This document shows, piece by piece, positions 48,061 through 58,368 of a DNA stretch of 64,000 bases. Numbering within the stretch: the first letter of the stretch is position 1; each line of letters opens with the position of its first letter. The notes beneath the pieces are model-generated. The model was not told the DNA's origin, made no database searches, and was given only the letters and a program-made list of their open reading frames with translations. The stretch covers positions 1,919 through 65,918 of the forward strand of contig JAGWYN010000020.1 of the NCBI GenBank assembly GCA_018969295.1, written 5' to 3'. This stretch comes from Chloroflexota bacterium (lineage in GTDB: Bacteria; Chloroflexota; Anaerolineae; Caldilineales; Caldilineaceae). Made by a program: the position numbers and the translations under genes.

Positions 48061-48759
48061 GTGGAGGAAAAAGGGACAACGATAGCGCAGCCGGCGGAAA
48101 AGATGCGCTATCTTTCTGAGCTGGCAGTCTTTCAGGATCTTTCTGCGCGTGAGATGGAGGAGCTGAACCGGATCATCACGATGAGCACGGTGACGAAGGG
48201 GCGTGTTTTTTACCGACCGGAGGAGCCTGGGGAGGTGCTCTTCATTTTGAAGGAAGGGAGGGTACAGCTGTACCGGATCAGCCCGGAGGGCAAGAAGCTG
48301 GTGATCACCACGCTGGGGGCGCACACCTTGTTTGGGGAGATGGGGCTGTTGGGGGCCAAGATGCAAAACACATTTGCTGAGGCGGTGGAGGACTGCCTGA
48401 TCTGTGTCATGAATCGCAGCGACCTGGAGCGGTTGATTCTCAGCAAACCGCAGGTGGCCCTGCGCATTTTGGAAGTGACAGGGCGCCGGCTGCGTGACGC
48501 CGAGGAGCGGCTGGAAAACATGGCCTTCAAGGGGATTCCGGCGCGTCTGGCCAGCATTCTGATTCGGCTTTCTGAGGAACAGAACAGCCATGAAATCACC
48601 GGCTTTACCCACCAGGATCTGGCGGAGAGCGTCGGCACCTACCGGGAGACTGCGACCCAGGTCCTCAACGATCTCAAGGCTTCGGGCTGTATTGAGATTG
48701 GCCGGAAGCGCATTACGATTCTGGACATTGACGCCCTCGGGGCCATTGCTGCGGGGTGA
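48061..48759 (+). CDS. Crp/Fnr-family transcriptional regulator
   Basis: cNMP-binding [13 protein letters not shown]...FGEMGLL; [23 protein letters not shown]; start uncertain (48037-48105). Confidence 0.92.
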   Translation: MEEKGTTIAQPAEKMRYLSELAVFQDLSAREMEELNRIITMSTVTKGRVFYRPEEPGEVLFILKEGRVQLYRISPEGKKLVITTLGAHTLFGEMGLLGAKMQNTFAEAVEDCLICVMNRSDLERLILSKPQVALRILEVTGRRLRDAEERLENMAFKGIPARLASILIRLSEEQNSHEITGFTHQDLAESVGTYRETATQVLNDLKASGCIEIGRKRITILDIDALGAIAAG

Positions 48760-48797
48760 GGGAGGCTGCTCTGAGTTTGGATTGTCGGACAACTCAG

Positions 48798-48826
48798 TTG
48801 ACATTTGGCCCAAACGTCGCTAAAAT
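48798..48826 (+). promoter_or_regulatory. Sigma70 promoter of the ferredoxin gene
   Basis: TTGACA-N17-TAAAAT; TTTGG-C-CCAAA palindrome inside the spacer. Confidence 0.72.
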
Positions 48827-48962
48827 CCAGGGTGTAGCAAAAGTTGTGTGCGTAAAATGCTCTCTGTGAGCACCGACCGATGACTACTCAAAAGCTGGTT
48901 GCAGCGTCTTTTTCAAACATGTCTGACCCAAGATAGATTGCCAACGTTCAGGAGATTTTGTC

Positions 48963-49241
48963 ATGACCCATGTAATTTTTGACCTGTGCATTCGCGATGG
49001 CGCTTGTGCTGAGGTTTGTCCGGTAGAATGTATTGTTCCTGGCCAGCCGGAAGACGAATGGCCCTGGTTCTACATCGACCCAGACACCTGCATCGACTGT
49101 GGTGCCTGTGTGCCCGAATGCCCGGTGGATGCGATCCTGCCAGAGGAGGATCTCCCAGAAGAATATCAATACACGACCGAGCTCAACGCGCTCTTTTTCT
49201 CGGAAGGTCCTGGCTACTCTGCGTTGGGCAAGGGCAAGTAG
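48963..49241 (+). CDS. Dicluster ferredoxin (7Fe/8Fe type)
   Basis: CIRDGACAEVCP and CIDCGACVPECP; AGGAG RBS. Confidence 0.93.
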   Translation: MTHVIFDLCIRDGACAEVCPVECIVPGQPEDEWPWFYIDPDTCIDCGACVPECPVDAILPEEDLPEEYQYTTELNALFFSEGPGYSALGKGK

Positions 49242-49270
49242 TCTGACCTTTGCGTCTTCCGCGCTGAAGG

Positions 49271-49304
49271 AAAGAACCCCTGCAGGCAGGGGTTCTTTTT
49301 TTAT
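49271..49304 (+). terminator. Intrinsic terminator after the ferredoxin gene
   Basis: Stem AAAGAACCCCTG / CAGGGGTTCTTT, 4-nt loop, followed by a T-run. Confidence 0.85.
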
Positions 49305-49321
49305 AAAAAGAATTGATTCCT

Positions 49322-50083
49322 ATGCAGACTGAGTTGAATCCTGAGTTGAATCCTGAGTTGAATCCTGTCGGTGGGCCTGACTGGTCGGATATCCAGCGGG
49401 CGCTTGTGATTGTGGCCCATCCTGACGACGCAGATTTCATCTGTGGTGGGACTTGTATCCAGATGGCTCGTCGGGGCATCGAGGTGACCTATCTGGTATT
49501 GACGAACGGCGACAAAGGCAACCACAACCCAGAGATCACCCGAAACCAGCTGATTGCCATGCGCCAGATCGAACAGCGCAAAGCTGCCAGCTTGTGTGGT
49601 ATTCGAGAGGTGCTTTTTATGGGGGAGGAGGATGGTTTTCTCCGTCCTGACCGTTCCATCCGCAAACGGGTGACCCAGGCAATTCGTCGGATTCGTCCTG
49701 AGCTGATCATCTCTACCCATCCCGACCGATATTTTGTTGGGGATGGGTACATCAACCATCCAGACCATCGCAACGCGGGTCTGGTGGCGATCGAGGCGAT
49801 TTTCCCGGCGGCTGACAACCCGATGTTTTATCCAGACATGGCGGATGAGGGGTATCACCCGCATAAAATCAAATATCTGTATATACACGGCCACGACGCC
49901 CCCTCGTTGCGGGTGGATATCACGGCTGAGTTGGCGACCAAGGTAGAGGCGATCCTCTGTCACAGTTCGCAGTTCAGAGATCCGGAGGGGGCGCGCCAGC
50001 GTTGGTTGGAGAGCTGGGGGGAGCGGCAGGAGGATGGGAGTCTCCGGTATTTTGAGGCATTCAAGGTGATGAAGTTTGGCTGA
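49322..50083 (+). CDS. PIG-L/LmbE-family deacetylase
   Basis: [33 protein letters not shown]...[10 protein letters not shown]. Confidence 0.9.
   Translation: MQTELNPELNPELNPVGGPDWSDIQRALVIVAHPDDADFICGGTCIQMARRGIEVTYLVLTNGDKGNHNPEITRNQLIAMRQIEQRKAASLCGIREVLFMGEEDGFLRPDRSIRKRVTQAIRRIRPELIISTHPDRYFVGDGYINHPDHRNAGLVAIEAIFPAADNPMFYPDMADEGYHPHKIKYLYIHGHDAPSLRVDITAELATKVEAILCHSSQFRDPEGARQRWLESWGERQEDGSLRYFEAFKVMKFG
49329..49367. repeat. 12-bp tandem repeat x3.25 (CTGAGTTGAATC) encoding [12 protein letters not shown] at the deacetylase N-terminus
   Basis: Read directly from the sequence. Confidence 0.92.
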
Positions 50084-50084
50084 G

Positions 50085-50130
50085 CAGACGGGGGGCAGAA
50101 CTTTGCCCCCCGTCTGGAGAGGGTTTTTTC
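50085..50130. terminator. Probable terminator hairpin between convergent genes
   Basis: CAGACGGGGGGCA / TGCCCCCCGTCTG 13-bp stem; T-run nearby downstream. Confidence 0.72.
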
Positions 50131-50141
50131 TCTGCTGCTGT

Positions 50142-51536
<1,395 letters not shown>

Positions 51537-51834
51537 GTTTGTCTCCTTGTGTGCAAAAAAGTCATGTGACGGTGATGATTCAACACAGGCACTGTTCCAG
51601 AAGGAACGCAAGAAACTGCCCTGGTTCCAGCCATCCAGATGGTTGTTTCATTGGGGGGAGAGGGTGGGGCCGCCAGACTCTGCCGTTGGCTTCGGTCAGC
51701 TGTCTCCGTGAGACAGTGATCGTGGTTCTGGCAACAATAGAAGTAAACTTTGGCACGGTTAATGTCTCTCTCCCCTGGGTTAATGACATGTAAAGGATTT
51801 GCAAACAAGTATCGCACCGTCGCGCTGCGTCGGC

Positions 51835-52572
51835 TCAGGCGGAGCCGCCGCCGCCCGGCCGGAAGGGAGGGGGGGTGAGCAGCATCTCGGTCACCTCCTG
51901 GCCAAGGCCCCCCAGCGGGCTGCGGCGGCTCGGCAGCCCGCGCATGAAGGGCAGCAGCTGGTGACGCGCAACCTCAAAGACGCGCCGCAGTTCAGCCACC
52001 GGGTAGCGGTGTTCGTCGACCCGCAGCTCACAGTAGGGATACTCTTCCGTGTCCATGACCTTGAGGGCGGCAGACTGCTTGCCGCGCTTGTCGCCGCCTG
52101 CCGCCTGGCCTGCCTCCAGCGCCACCAGCAGGCGCTCCGGCAGCTCAAGCGCAGCCGCCCGGGCAAACGCATCGGCCATCGCCTCGACGGTCGACGCACC
52201 GACCAGCATGTTGCCCTGCGCAGCAAAGTCGCTGCCCGTGATGTGCCCGCACCAGGGAACACAGGCCGACCCGGTCCACGCCGCACTCCGCCCCTGGTTG
52301 TCGACAACCCCCACCTGCCGGTCGTCGCGCCCAGGGTCGCCGGCGATCAGCCTCTCCAATGTCTCCTGGGCACTCAGCCCCTGGGCGAGCAGCACCAGCC
52401 CGTCGATGCCCAGATACGGGTTGACCCACGACTGGGTGGCGATGGCCCCCACCCCCGCTCTGGGGAAGGGACAGAGGCTGCCAACACCCGGCACAGCGGT
52501 CGAAACCGCTACACCCATCATGCCTGTGCGCATACAGCGGGCCGCAATCGAAAATGTACTCAACCTCAACAT
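51835..52572 (-). CDS. DUF1028 family protein (predicted Ntn-hydrolase-like)
   Basis: STFSIAA, GVAVST, AIATQS, AAQGNML, AGGDKRGKQSAAL, LRVDEH..PVAELRR. Confidence 0.85.
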   Translation of the reverse strand: MLRLSTFSIAARCMRTGMMGVAVSTAVPGVGSLCPFPRAGVGAIATQSWVNPYLGIDGLVLLAQGLSAQETLERLIAGDPGRDDRQVGVVDNQGRSAAWTGSACVPWCGHITGSDFAAQGNMLVGASTVEAMADAFARAAALELPERLLVALEAGQAAGGDKRGKQSAALKVMDTEEYPYCELRVDEHRYPVAELRRVFEVARHQLLPFMRGLPSRRSPLGGLGQEVTEMLLTPPPFRPGGGGSA

Positions 52573-52601
52573 GCTCTTCTCCCTCCAGACAAGGCGTTCT
52601 C

Positions 52602-53660
52602 TTATTTTTCCTGCACAGCAGACAGACCCGCCGCACTCCCCCCGTCGTGGGCGACCTGGCCCGCCTCGATCCAGTCAGGGCGGCCGTTGGCAAAACGCGG
52701 GGTATGCCAGAAACACGCCGCCCGGTGCTCGTTCGACAACGCATACAGGGCCGGCGCTTCCGCTGAACAGAGCTCCATGCGCACCGAGCAGCGGGTGTGA
52801 AAACGACAGCCGCTGGGCATGTGCGTGCCACTGGAAACTTCACCCAGCAGGGGCACGCCGCGACCGCGACGGGCAGGGTCGGTGAGCGGGATGGCGTTGA
52901 CCAGCGCCCGCGTGTAGGGATGCTGCGGGTTGGCAAACACCTGCGCGATCGGCCCATGTTCCACCACCTGCCCCAGGTACATCACGGCAACGCTGTCGCA
53001 GACATAGCGGATGACCCCCAGGTTGTGGCTGACAAACAGATAGGTCAGCTGCAGCTCCTGTCGGATCTCGCGCAGCAGATTCAAGATGCGGGCCTGCACC
53101 GAAACATCCAACGCCGAGGTCGGTTCGTCGGCGACCACCAGCGAAGGACGCAGCAGGATCGCCCGCGCAATCGCCACACGCTGGCGCTGCCCGCCGCTCA
53201 AGCCATGTGGATGGCGGTCGAGCATGCTGTTGTCCAGCCCGACATGGTGCAGCACCTCCACCACCTGCTGCAGACGGCTCTCGCGAGTGCCGATCTGGTG
53301 CACCTCCAGCGGGGCCAGCAACACGCTGCGCACGCTCTGGCGTGGGTTGAAACTGGCCGCCGTGTCTTGAAAGATGGCCTGCATCTGGCGCCGCTGGCGG
53401 CGCAGGTCAGCCGGTGCCATGGCATGGATGTCGCCGCCGTTGAAGAGCACCTGCCCGGTCGTCGGCCGCGCCAGCCCCAGCACAATCCGGCACAGCGTAG
53501 ACTTGCCAGATCCAGACTCCCCGACGATGCCCAACGATTCGCCGCGCTGCAGCGTCAGGCTCACCCGGGAGAGCGCCTCGATCTGTTGGCGGCGCCAGGG
53601 CAGCCCCCCCAACGGGAAAACTTTGGAGACATCCCGAATTTCGAGCAGCGGTTCACGCAC
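52602..53660 (-). CDS. Oligopeptide/dipeptide-type ABC transporter ATP-binding protein (OppF-like)
   Basis: GESGSGKST, LSGGQRQR, ADEPTSALD, HPYT, oligo_HPY tail GCRFHTRC; GTG start overlaps the upstream stop. Confidence 0.92.
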   Translation of the reverse strand: MREPLLEIRDVSKVFPLGGLPWRRQQIEALSRVSLTLQRGESLGIVGESGSGKSTLCRIVLGLARPTTGQVLFNGGDIHAMAPADLRRQRRQMQAIFQDTAASFNPRQSVRSVLLAPLEVHQIGTRESRLQQVVEVLHHVGLDNSMLDRHPHGLSGGQRQRVAIARAILLRPSLVVADEPTSALDVSVQARILNLLREIRQELQLTYLFVSHNLGVIRYVCDSVAVMYLGQVVEHGPIAQVFANPQHPYTRALVNAIPLTDPARRGRGVPLLGEVSSGTHMPSGCRFHTRCSVRMELCSAEAPALYALSNEHRAACFWHTPRFANGRPDWIEAGQVAHDGGSAAGLSAVQEK

Positions 53661-54666
53661 GCACTTCCTCCAACAGCCAGCAGCGGGCCAGATGCTCTGC
53701 TGCGACCGGCAGCAGCGGCGGTTCTTGCGCACAGCGCGCCAGGCGCTGCGCACAGCGGTCGGCAAAACGACAGCCCGGCCCGATCTCATAGGGGGAGGGG
53801 ATGCGCCCTGGGATGGCAGCCAGCTCGGCCTGGGCCAGCTCGATCGAGGGGGTGGCGTTCAACAGCGCCTGGGTGTACGGGTGGCTGGGGTGGGCAAAGA
53901 GCCGCCCGACCGGCCCCTCTTCCACGATGCGCCCGGCGTACATCACGTACACCCAGTCGCAGCTTTCCGCCACCACGCCCAAATCGTGCGTGATCAGCAG
54001 AATTGCCGTCTCATGTTCGTCACGAATTTCCCCAAGCAGACGCAAAACTTGGGCCTGGATCGTGACATCCAGCGCCGTGGTCGGTTCGTCGGCGATCAAC
54101 AGGTCGGGTTCCAGCGCCAGCGCCATCGCCGTCATCGCCCGCTGGCGCATCCCCCCGCTGAACTGGTGGGGATACTCGGCCGCACGTGTCTCCGGCAGCG
54201 GAAGATGAACGGCACCCAGCAGCCGGACAGCTTGCTCCCAGGCAGTCTGCCACCGGCTGCGGCGGTGCAGCACAAAGGGCTCGCCGACCTGACGCCCGAT
54301 CGGCTGCACCGGGTTCAGGGCCGAGAGCGGGTCCTGTGGAATCAACGCCATGCGGTTGCCGCGCAGCTTGCGCATCTGGGCGTCGGAGAGGCTGGGCAGC
54401 GAAGTGCCAGAAAGCCGGATGTCCCCCCCCACGATCCGGGCGACGTGGGGCATCAGACGGAGGATCGAGAGCGCAGTCATCGTCTTGCCGCTGCCCGACT
54501 CCCCAATCACCCCGACAATTTCGCCGGGCCACACCTCCAGGCTGACCCCCTCCACCACCCTGGCAGTGCCCTGCCGCGTCTGCAACTGCACACTCAGATT
54601 GTCGACCGCCAGGACGGGGGGCGTGTCCAGACGACGACGAGGTCGTATCAGTTCTTGCATGCTCAA
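53653..54666 (-). CDS. Oligopeptide/dipeptide-type ABC transporter ATP-binding protein (OppD-like)
   Basis: GESGSGKT, FSGGMRQR, ADEPTTALD, HPYT, GCRFADRC. Confidence 0.93.
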   Translation of the reverse strand: MSMQELIRPRRRLDTPPVLAVDNLSVQLQTRQGTARVVEGVSLEVWPGEIVGVIGESGSGKTMTALSILRLMPHVARIVGGDIRLSGTSLPSLSDAQMRKLRGNRMALIPQDPLSALNPVQPIGRQVGEPFVLHRRSRWQTAWEQAVRLLGAVHLPLPETRAAEYPHQFSGGMRQRAMTAMALALEPDLLIADEPTTALDVTIQAQVLRLLGEIRDEHETAILLITHDLGVVAESCDWVYVMYAGRIVEEGPVGRLFAHPSHPYTQALLNATPSIELAQAELAAIPGRIPSPYEIGPGCRFADRCAQRLARCAQEPPLLPVAAEHLARCWLLEEVRA

Positions 54667-55508
54667 TCCTTCATGCGCGGGTCAAAGAAATCGCGCAGCC
54701 CATCGCCCAGCAGGTTGAACCCGAGCACGCCGACAAAGAGGGCCGCGCCAGGCACGATGGCCAGCCAGGGTGCTTGGGCCATAAAGCCGCGGCCAGTGCT
54801 CAGCATGTTGCCCCAGGAGGGCTCGGGCGGCTGTGCGCCCAGCCCCAGAAAACTCAGAGAGGATTCCAAAATGACAGCGTAGGCAAAGGCGGTCATCGCC
54901 TCGACCAGCAAAGGCGTCATCACATTGGGCAAAATTTCGCGCTGGAGGATGCGCGCATCGGCCATGCCAATGGTGCGGGCCGCGTCGATGTAGGACTGAC
55001 GCAGCACCTTCTGGGTCGAAACACGGGCGAGCCGGGCAAAGCCAGGAATAAAGATGATGCCGATGGCCACCATGGCGTTGAGGATGCTGGTGCCGAGCAC
55101 CGCCATCAGCACGATCGCCAGCAAGATCGCCGGAAACGAAAAGAGCAGCTCCATCGCCCGCATCAGGGCCAGGTCCAGGATCCCCCCCCAATAGCCGGCG
55201 ACTACGCCGATCAAAAGCCCCCCGAACAGCCCGACCGCCACCGCCACCAGCCCCACCTGCAGCGAAATGCGCGCGGCAAAGACGGTGCGAGAAAGCACAT
55301 CGCGGCCGATCTCGTCGGTGCCCAGCCAGTGGGTCGCACTCGGGGCCTGCAGCATGTCCGTCACGTCCAGGTCGTAGGGGGAATAGGGGGTCACCCACGG
55401 TGCAAACAACGCTGCCAGACAGACCAGGGCCACCAAAACCCCGCCAATCCACAGGAGCCGATAGCGGCGCCAGCCAAGTGGAGGACGCACAGCGCTTTGC
55501 CCGCTCAT
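54663..55508 (-). CDS. ABC transporter permease (OppC-like)
   Basis: HWLGTDEIGRDVLSR, EAA-like loop, ESSLSFLGLG. Confidence 0.93.
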   Translation of the reverse strand: MSGQSAVRPPLGWRRYRLLWIGGVLVALVCLAALFAPWVTPYSPYDLDVTDMLQAPSATHWLGTDEIGRDVLSRTVFAARISLQVGLVAVAVGLFGGLLIGVVAGYWGGILDLALMRAMELLFSFPAILLAIVLMAVLGTSILNAMVAIGIIFIPGFARLARVSTQKVLRQSYIDAARTIGMADARILQREILPNVMTPLLVEAMTAFAYAVILESSLSFLGLGAQPPEPSWGNMLSTGRGFMAQAPWLAIVPGAALFVGVLGFNLLGDGLRDFFDPRMKD

Positions 55509-56461
55509 TGCTCCGACCTCGCATGTACCTGGCGGGGGTCAAGCACCGCAGCCAGAATATCGACCACCAGGTTGAGCGTCAGCACGACGACCGTGATCAC
55601 CAGCACACTCGACAGCAGCACCGGGTAGTCGCGGTTGATGATGCCGACCAGCACCAGCGAGCCAAGCCCCGGCAGCAGAAAGATGTCTTCGATGATCACC
55701 ACCCCGCCGAAAAGCCAGCCAAACTCGACCGCACCGACCGTCAAAAAGGGGATCAACGAATTGCGCAGCGCATGTTTCCAGATCACCACGCTGGGATTGG
55801 CTCCTTTGGCAAAAGCAGTCCGAATATAGTCGGACGACAAGACTTCGATCATCTCCGCACGCATGATGCGCAGCAGCAGCGCCGAAGAGACGACCCCAAG
55901 CGACAGGGCTGGCATGAGCAAAAGACGCAGATTCATCGCCGGGTTTTCGGCAAACGGGACGTAGCCGCCGGCCGGAAGCCAGCGCAAAGTCATGCCCAGC
56001 AGCAAAATCAGCAGCGTGGCCATCCAAAAATTGGGGATGGCGCCGAAGAGAGTTGCGATCGCCGAGATGACCGTGTCGACCGGGCGTTGGTGGTAGTAGG
56101 CCGCAAACGCGCCCAAAGGCACGGCGATCAGATTGGCGATCAGGAAGGCCAACAGGGCCAGCTCCAGGGTCACCGGCAGCCGTGCCAGGATCTCGGGGCC
56201 GACCGGCACCCGATTTTGAAAGGAGGTGCCAAAATCTCCCTGCAACACCCTGGCAAGCCACTCGAAATACTGCACATACAACGGGCGGTCCAGCCCAAGC
56301 TCGTGTTCAAAACGCGCAATGGCCTGCGGTGTGGCGTCGATCCCCAGCGCAGCTTTGGCGGCTGAACCCGGGATGACGTTGACCGCCAGGAAGAGGACCA
56401 TCGAGGTCACCAAAATGGTGGGGAAAAACCAGGCAAGCCGAACAACAATCAAACGTAACAT
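55505..56461 (-). CDS. ABC transporter permease (OppB-like)
   Basis: LGLDRPLYVQY, GDFGTS, DYIRTAFAKG, KHALRNSLIP, NRDYP. Confidence 0.93.
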   Translation of the reverse strand: MLRLIVVRLAWFFPTILVTSMVLFLAVNVIPGSAAKAALGIDATPQAIARFEHELGLDRPLYVQYFEWLARVLQGDFGTSFQNRVPVGPEILARLPVTLELALLAFLIANLIAVPLGAFAAYYHQRPVDTVISAIATLFGAIPNFWMATLLILLLGMTLRWLPAGGYVPFAENPAMNLRLLLMPALSLGVVSSALLLRIMRAEMIEVLSSDYIRTAFAKGANPSVVIWKHALRNSLIPFLTVGAVEFGWLFGGVVIIEDIFLLPGLGSLVLVGIINRDYPVLLSSVLVITVVVLTLNLVVDILAAVLDPRQVHARSEQ

Positions 56462-56533
56462 AGCGCCAGTCCCAACAGGCTGTCTTGTCGGTCTGCTGTT
56501 GGCAGCAAACTGCCAACAGCAGACCGGTGGGCC

Positions 56534-58198
56534 TTACTGTGCCAGCCAGGCGTCCTTGAGGGTCTTGAGGAACCCGGTGCGCATCGGCTTGTAGTTCTGC
56601 AGCTGGCTGGTGTGGCCGATCAACAGCCACCCGTTGACCAGGGGCACGATCGGCATGTCGTCCATCGACAGCTGTTGCTGCTGGCGATAGGCCTCCTTGC
56701 GCGCTTCCTGGCTCGGTGCCGTCCGCCCTTCGGCCAGCAAGCTGTCCATGGTTTCGCTGGCATATTTTTGCACGTTGATCCCGGCATTGGCAGAGCCATA
56801 GTTGTTGGCCACGAAATCGTCGGGGTCGGCCAGCGGGCTCAGCCAGTACATGGTGGTGATGTTGAAGTTGCTGGGCCCCCAGACTTCATCCCAGTAGCGC
56901 GGGACTTCCATCGTCTCGATCGTGGCCCGGATGCCGATCTGCTCCAGGTTGGCCTGGAGGATGGGGGCCATGGCCATCTGGGCAGGGAAGGAAGAGGCGA
57001 TCGTCAGGGTGGTTTCAAAGCCGTCGGGGTAGCCAGCCTCGGCCAGCAGCGCCTTGCCCTTCTCTGGCTCGCCGGTGGCGGTGGTAAACTGCACATCCCC
57101 CGCATAGGCCCAGTTCCATTCTGGGATCACACCCCCCAGGATCGGCGTGGCCTGGCCGAAGAAGGCACCCTTGACCAGCGCCTCGCGGTCGAGCGCGTAC
57201 GAGACCGCCTGGCGCACGCGCGCGTCGGTGAAGGGCTCCACCGTGTTGTTGAGCAGCATCCAGTTGTAGCGGGAGCCTTCCAGCGTCACCGCTTTCAGAT
57301 CTGGGTTGGCCTGCAGCGCTGCCCAGTCTTTGGGGGGGATTTCGTTGGAGAAATTGACCACGCCGGTCATCAGCGCAGTGTTGAGCGCAGTGGTGTCTGC
57401 GATGATGTGGTACTCCATCGCATCGAAGTAGGGCTTGCCCGCTTCGAAGTATGTTTCGTTGCGCTCGAACCGGATCATGCTGCGCGGCTCGTAGCTGACA
57501 AACCGGAACGGCCCGGTGCCGACCGGCTGGGCGTTCAGGTCGTGGCCCGACTCGACCAATGCCTTGGGGACGATCGAAGAGCCAGGGAAGGCCACATAGA
57601 TCAAGAAGGGGCCGGTCCGTTCTGTCATCTTGAACTCCACCGTCAGCGGGTCCAAAACGTTGACGCTCTCGATCGTCGAGACCTGGGCCCCGTAGGAGTA
57701 GCCCGAATCTGGCGCACGCAGACGGTCGAAGGTGAATTTCACATCCTCGGCGGTGAAGGGGTCGCCGTTGTGGAAGGTGACATTCGGGCGCAGCTTGAAG
57801 GTGTAGGTCAGCCCATCTTCGGAGATCTCATAGGATTCGGCCAGCTCGGGGTAGGGGGTAGCGTCTGGGTCGAGGGCCATCAAGGTCGAATAGACCTGCT
57901 CGATCACCACATGTGACATCCCGCTGGGGCCGCGGACAGGGTCGAAACCGGCCGGGTCGGCCGAGAAGGCAGCTTTGAGAATGCCGCCGCGCACTGGCTC
58001 GCCGGCTGCCTGGCCGCCGGCCGCCGCTGGGGCTGCCGCCGGCGCGGCGGCTGGGGCACAGGCGGCCAGCAGCGACGCTGTGGCGCTCCCGGCCCCCAAG
58101 ACCGCAGCAAGCTGCAAAAAACGACGCCGGCTGAACGCAGCCAGACCTTCAGAAGAATTGGATACATTCGACGCATGTTCGGAAGATAGAGCAGACAT
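56534..58198 (-). CDS. Family 5 ABC substrate-binding lipoprotein with a twin-arginine signal
   Basis: SRRRFLQ, lipobox LLAAC, GLTYTFKLRPNVTFHNG, GTGPF, RVRQAVSYALDR. Confidence 0.92.
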   Translation of the reverse strand: MSALSSEHASNVSNSSEGLAAFSRRRFLQLAAVLGAGSATASLLAACAPAAAPAAAPAAAGGQAAGEPVRGGILKAAFSADPAGFDPVRGPSGMSHVVIEQVYSTLMALDPDATPYPELAESYEISEDGLTYTFKLRPNVTFHNGDPFTAEDVKFTFDRLRAPDSGYSYGAQVSTIESVNVLDPLTVEFKMTERTGPFLIYVAFPGSSIVPKALVESGHDLNAQPVGTGPFRFVSYEPRSMIRFERNETYFEAGKPYFDAMEYHIIADTTALNTALMTGVVNFSNEIPPKDWAALQANPDLKAVTLEGSRYNWMLLNNTVEPFTDARVRQAVSYALDREALVKGAFFGQATPILGGVIPEWNWAYAGDVQFTTATGEPEKGKALLAEAGYPDGFETTLTIASSFPAQMAMAPILQANLEQIGIRATIETMEVPRYWDEVWGPSNFNITTMYWLSPLADPDDFVANNYGSANAGINVQKYASETMDSLLAEGRTAPSQEARKEAYRQQQQLSMDDMPIVPLVNGWLLIGHTSQLQNYKPMRTGFLKTLKDAWLAQ

Positions 58199-58368
58199 TG
58201 TCCCTTGGTCCTTTGAATACAGATACAACAAAAACGAAGTGCAGAACGCAGCTCACCAACTACAACGGGGCAACTTCGGGCAATTTTTCGGGGCAATGCA
58301 GGCACACACTTGACCACCCTAGTATACCAGCAGCGCCCGCCAGCGGCAAAGCCCCGGCTGCCTGGGGC

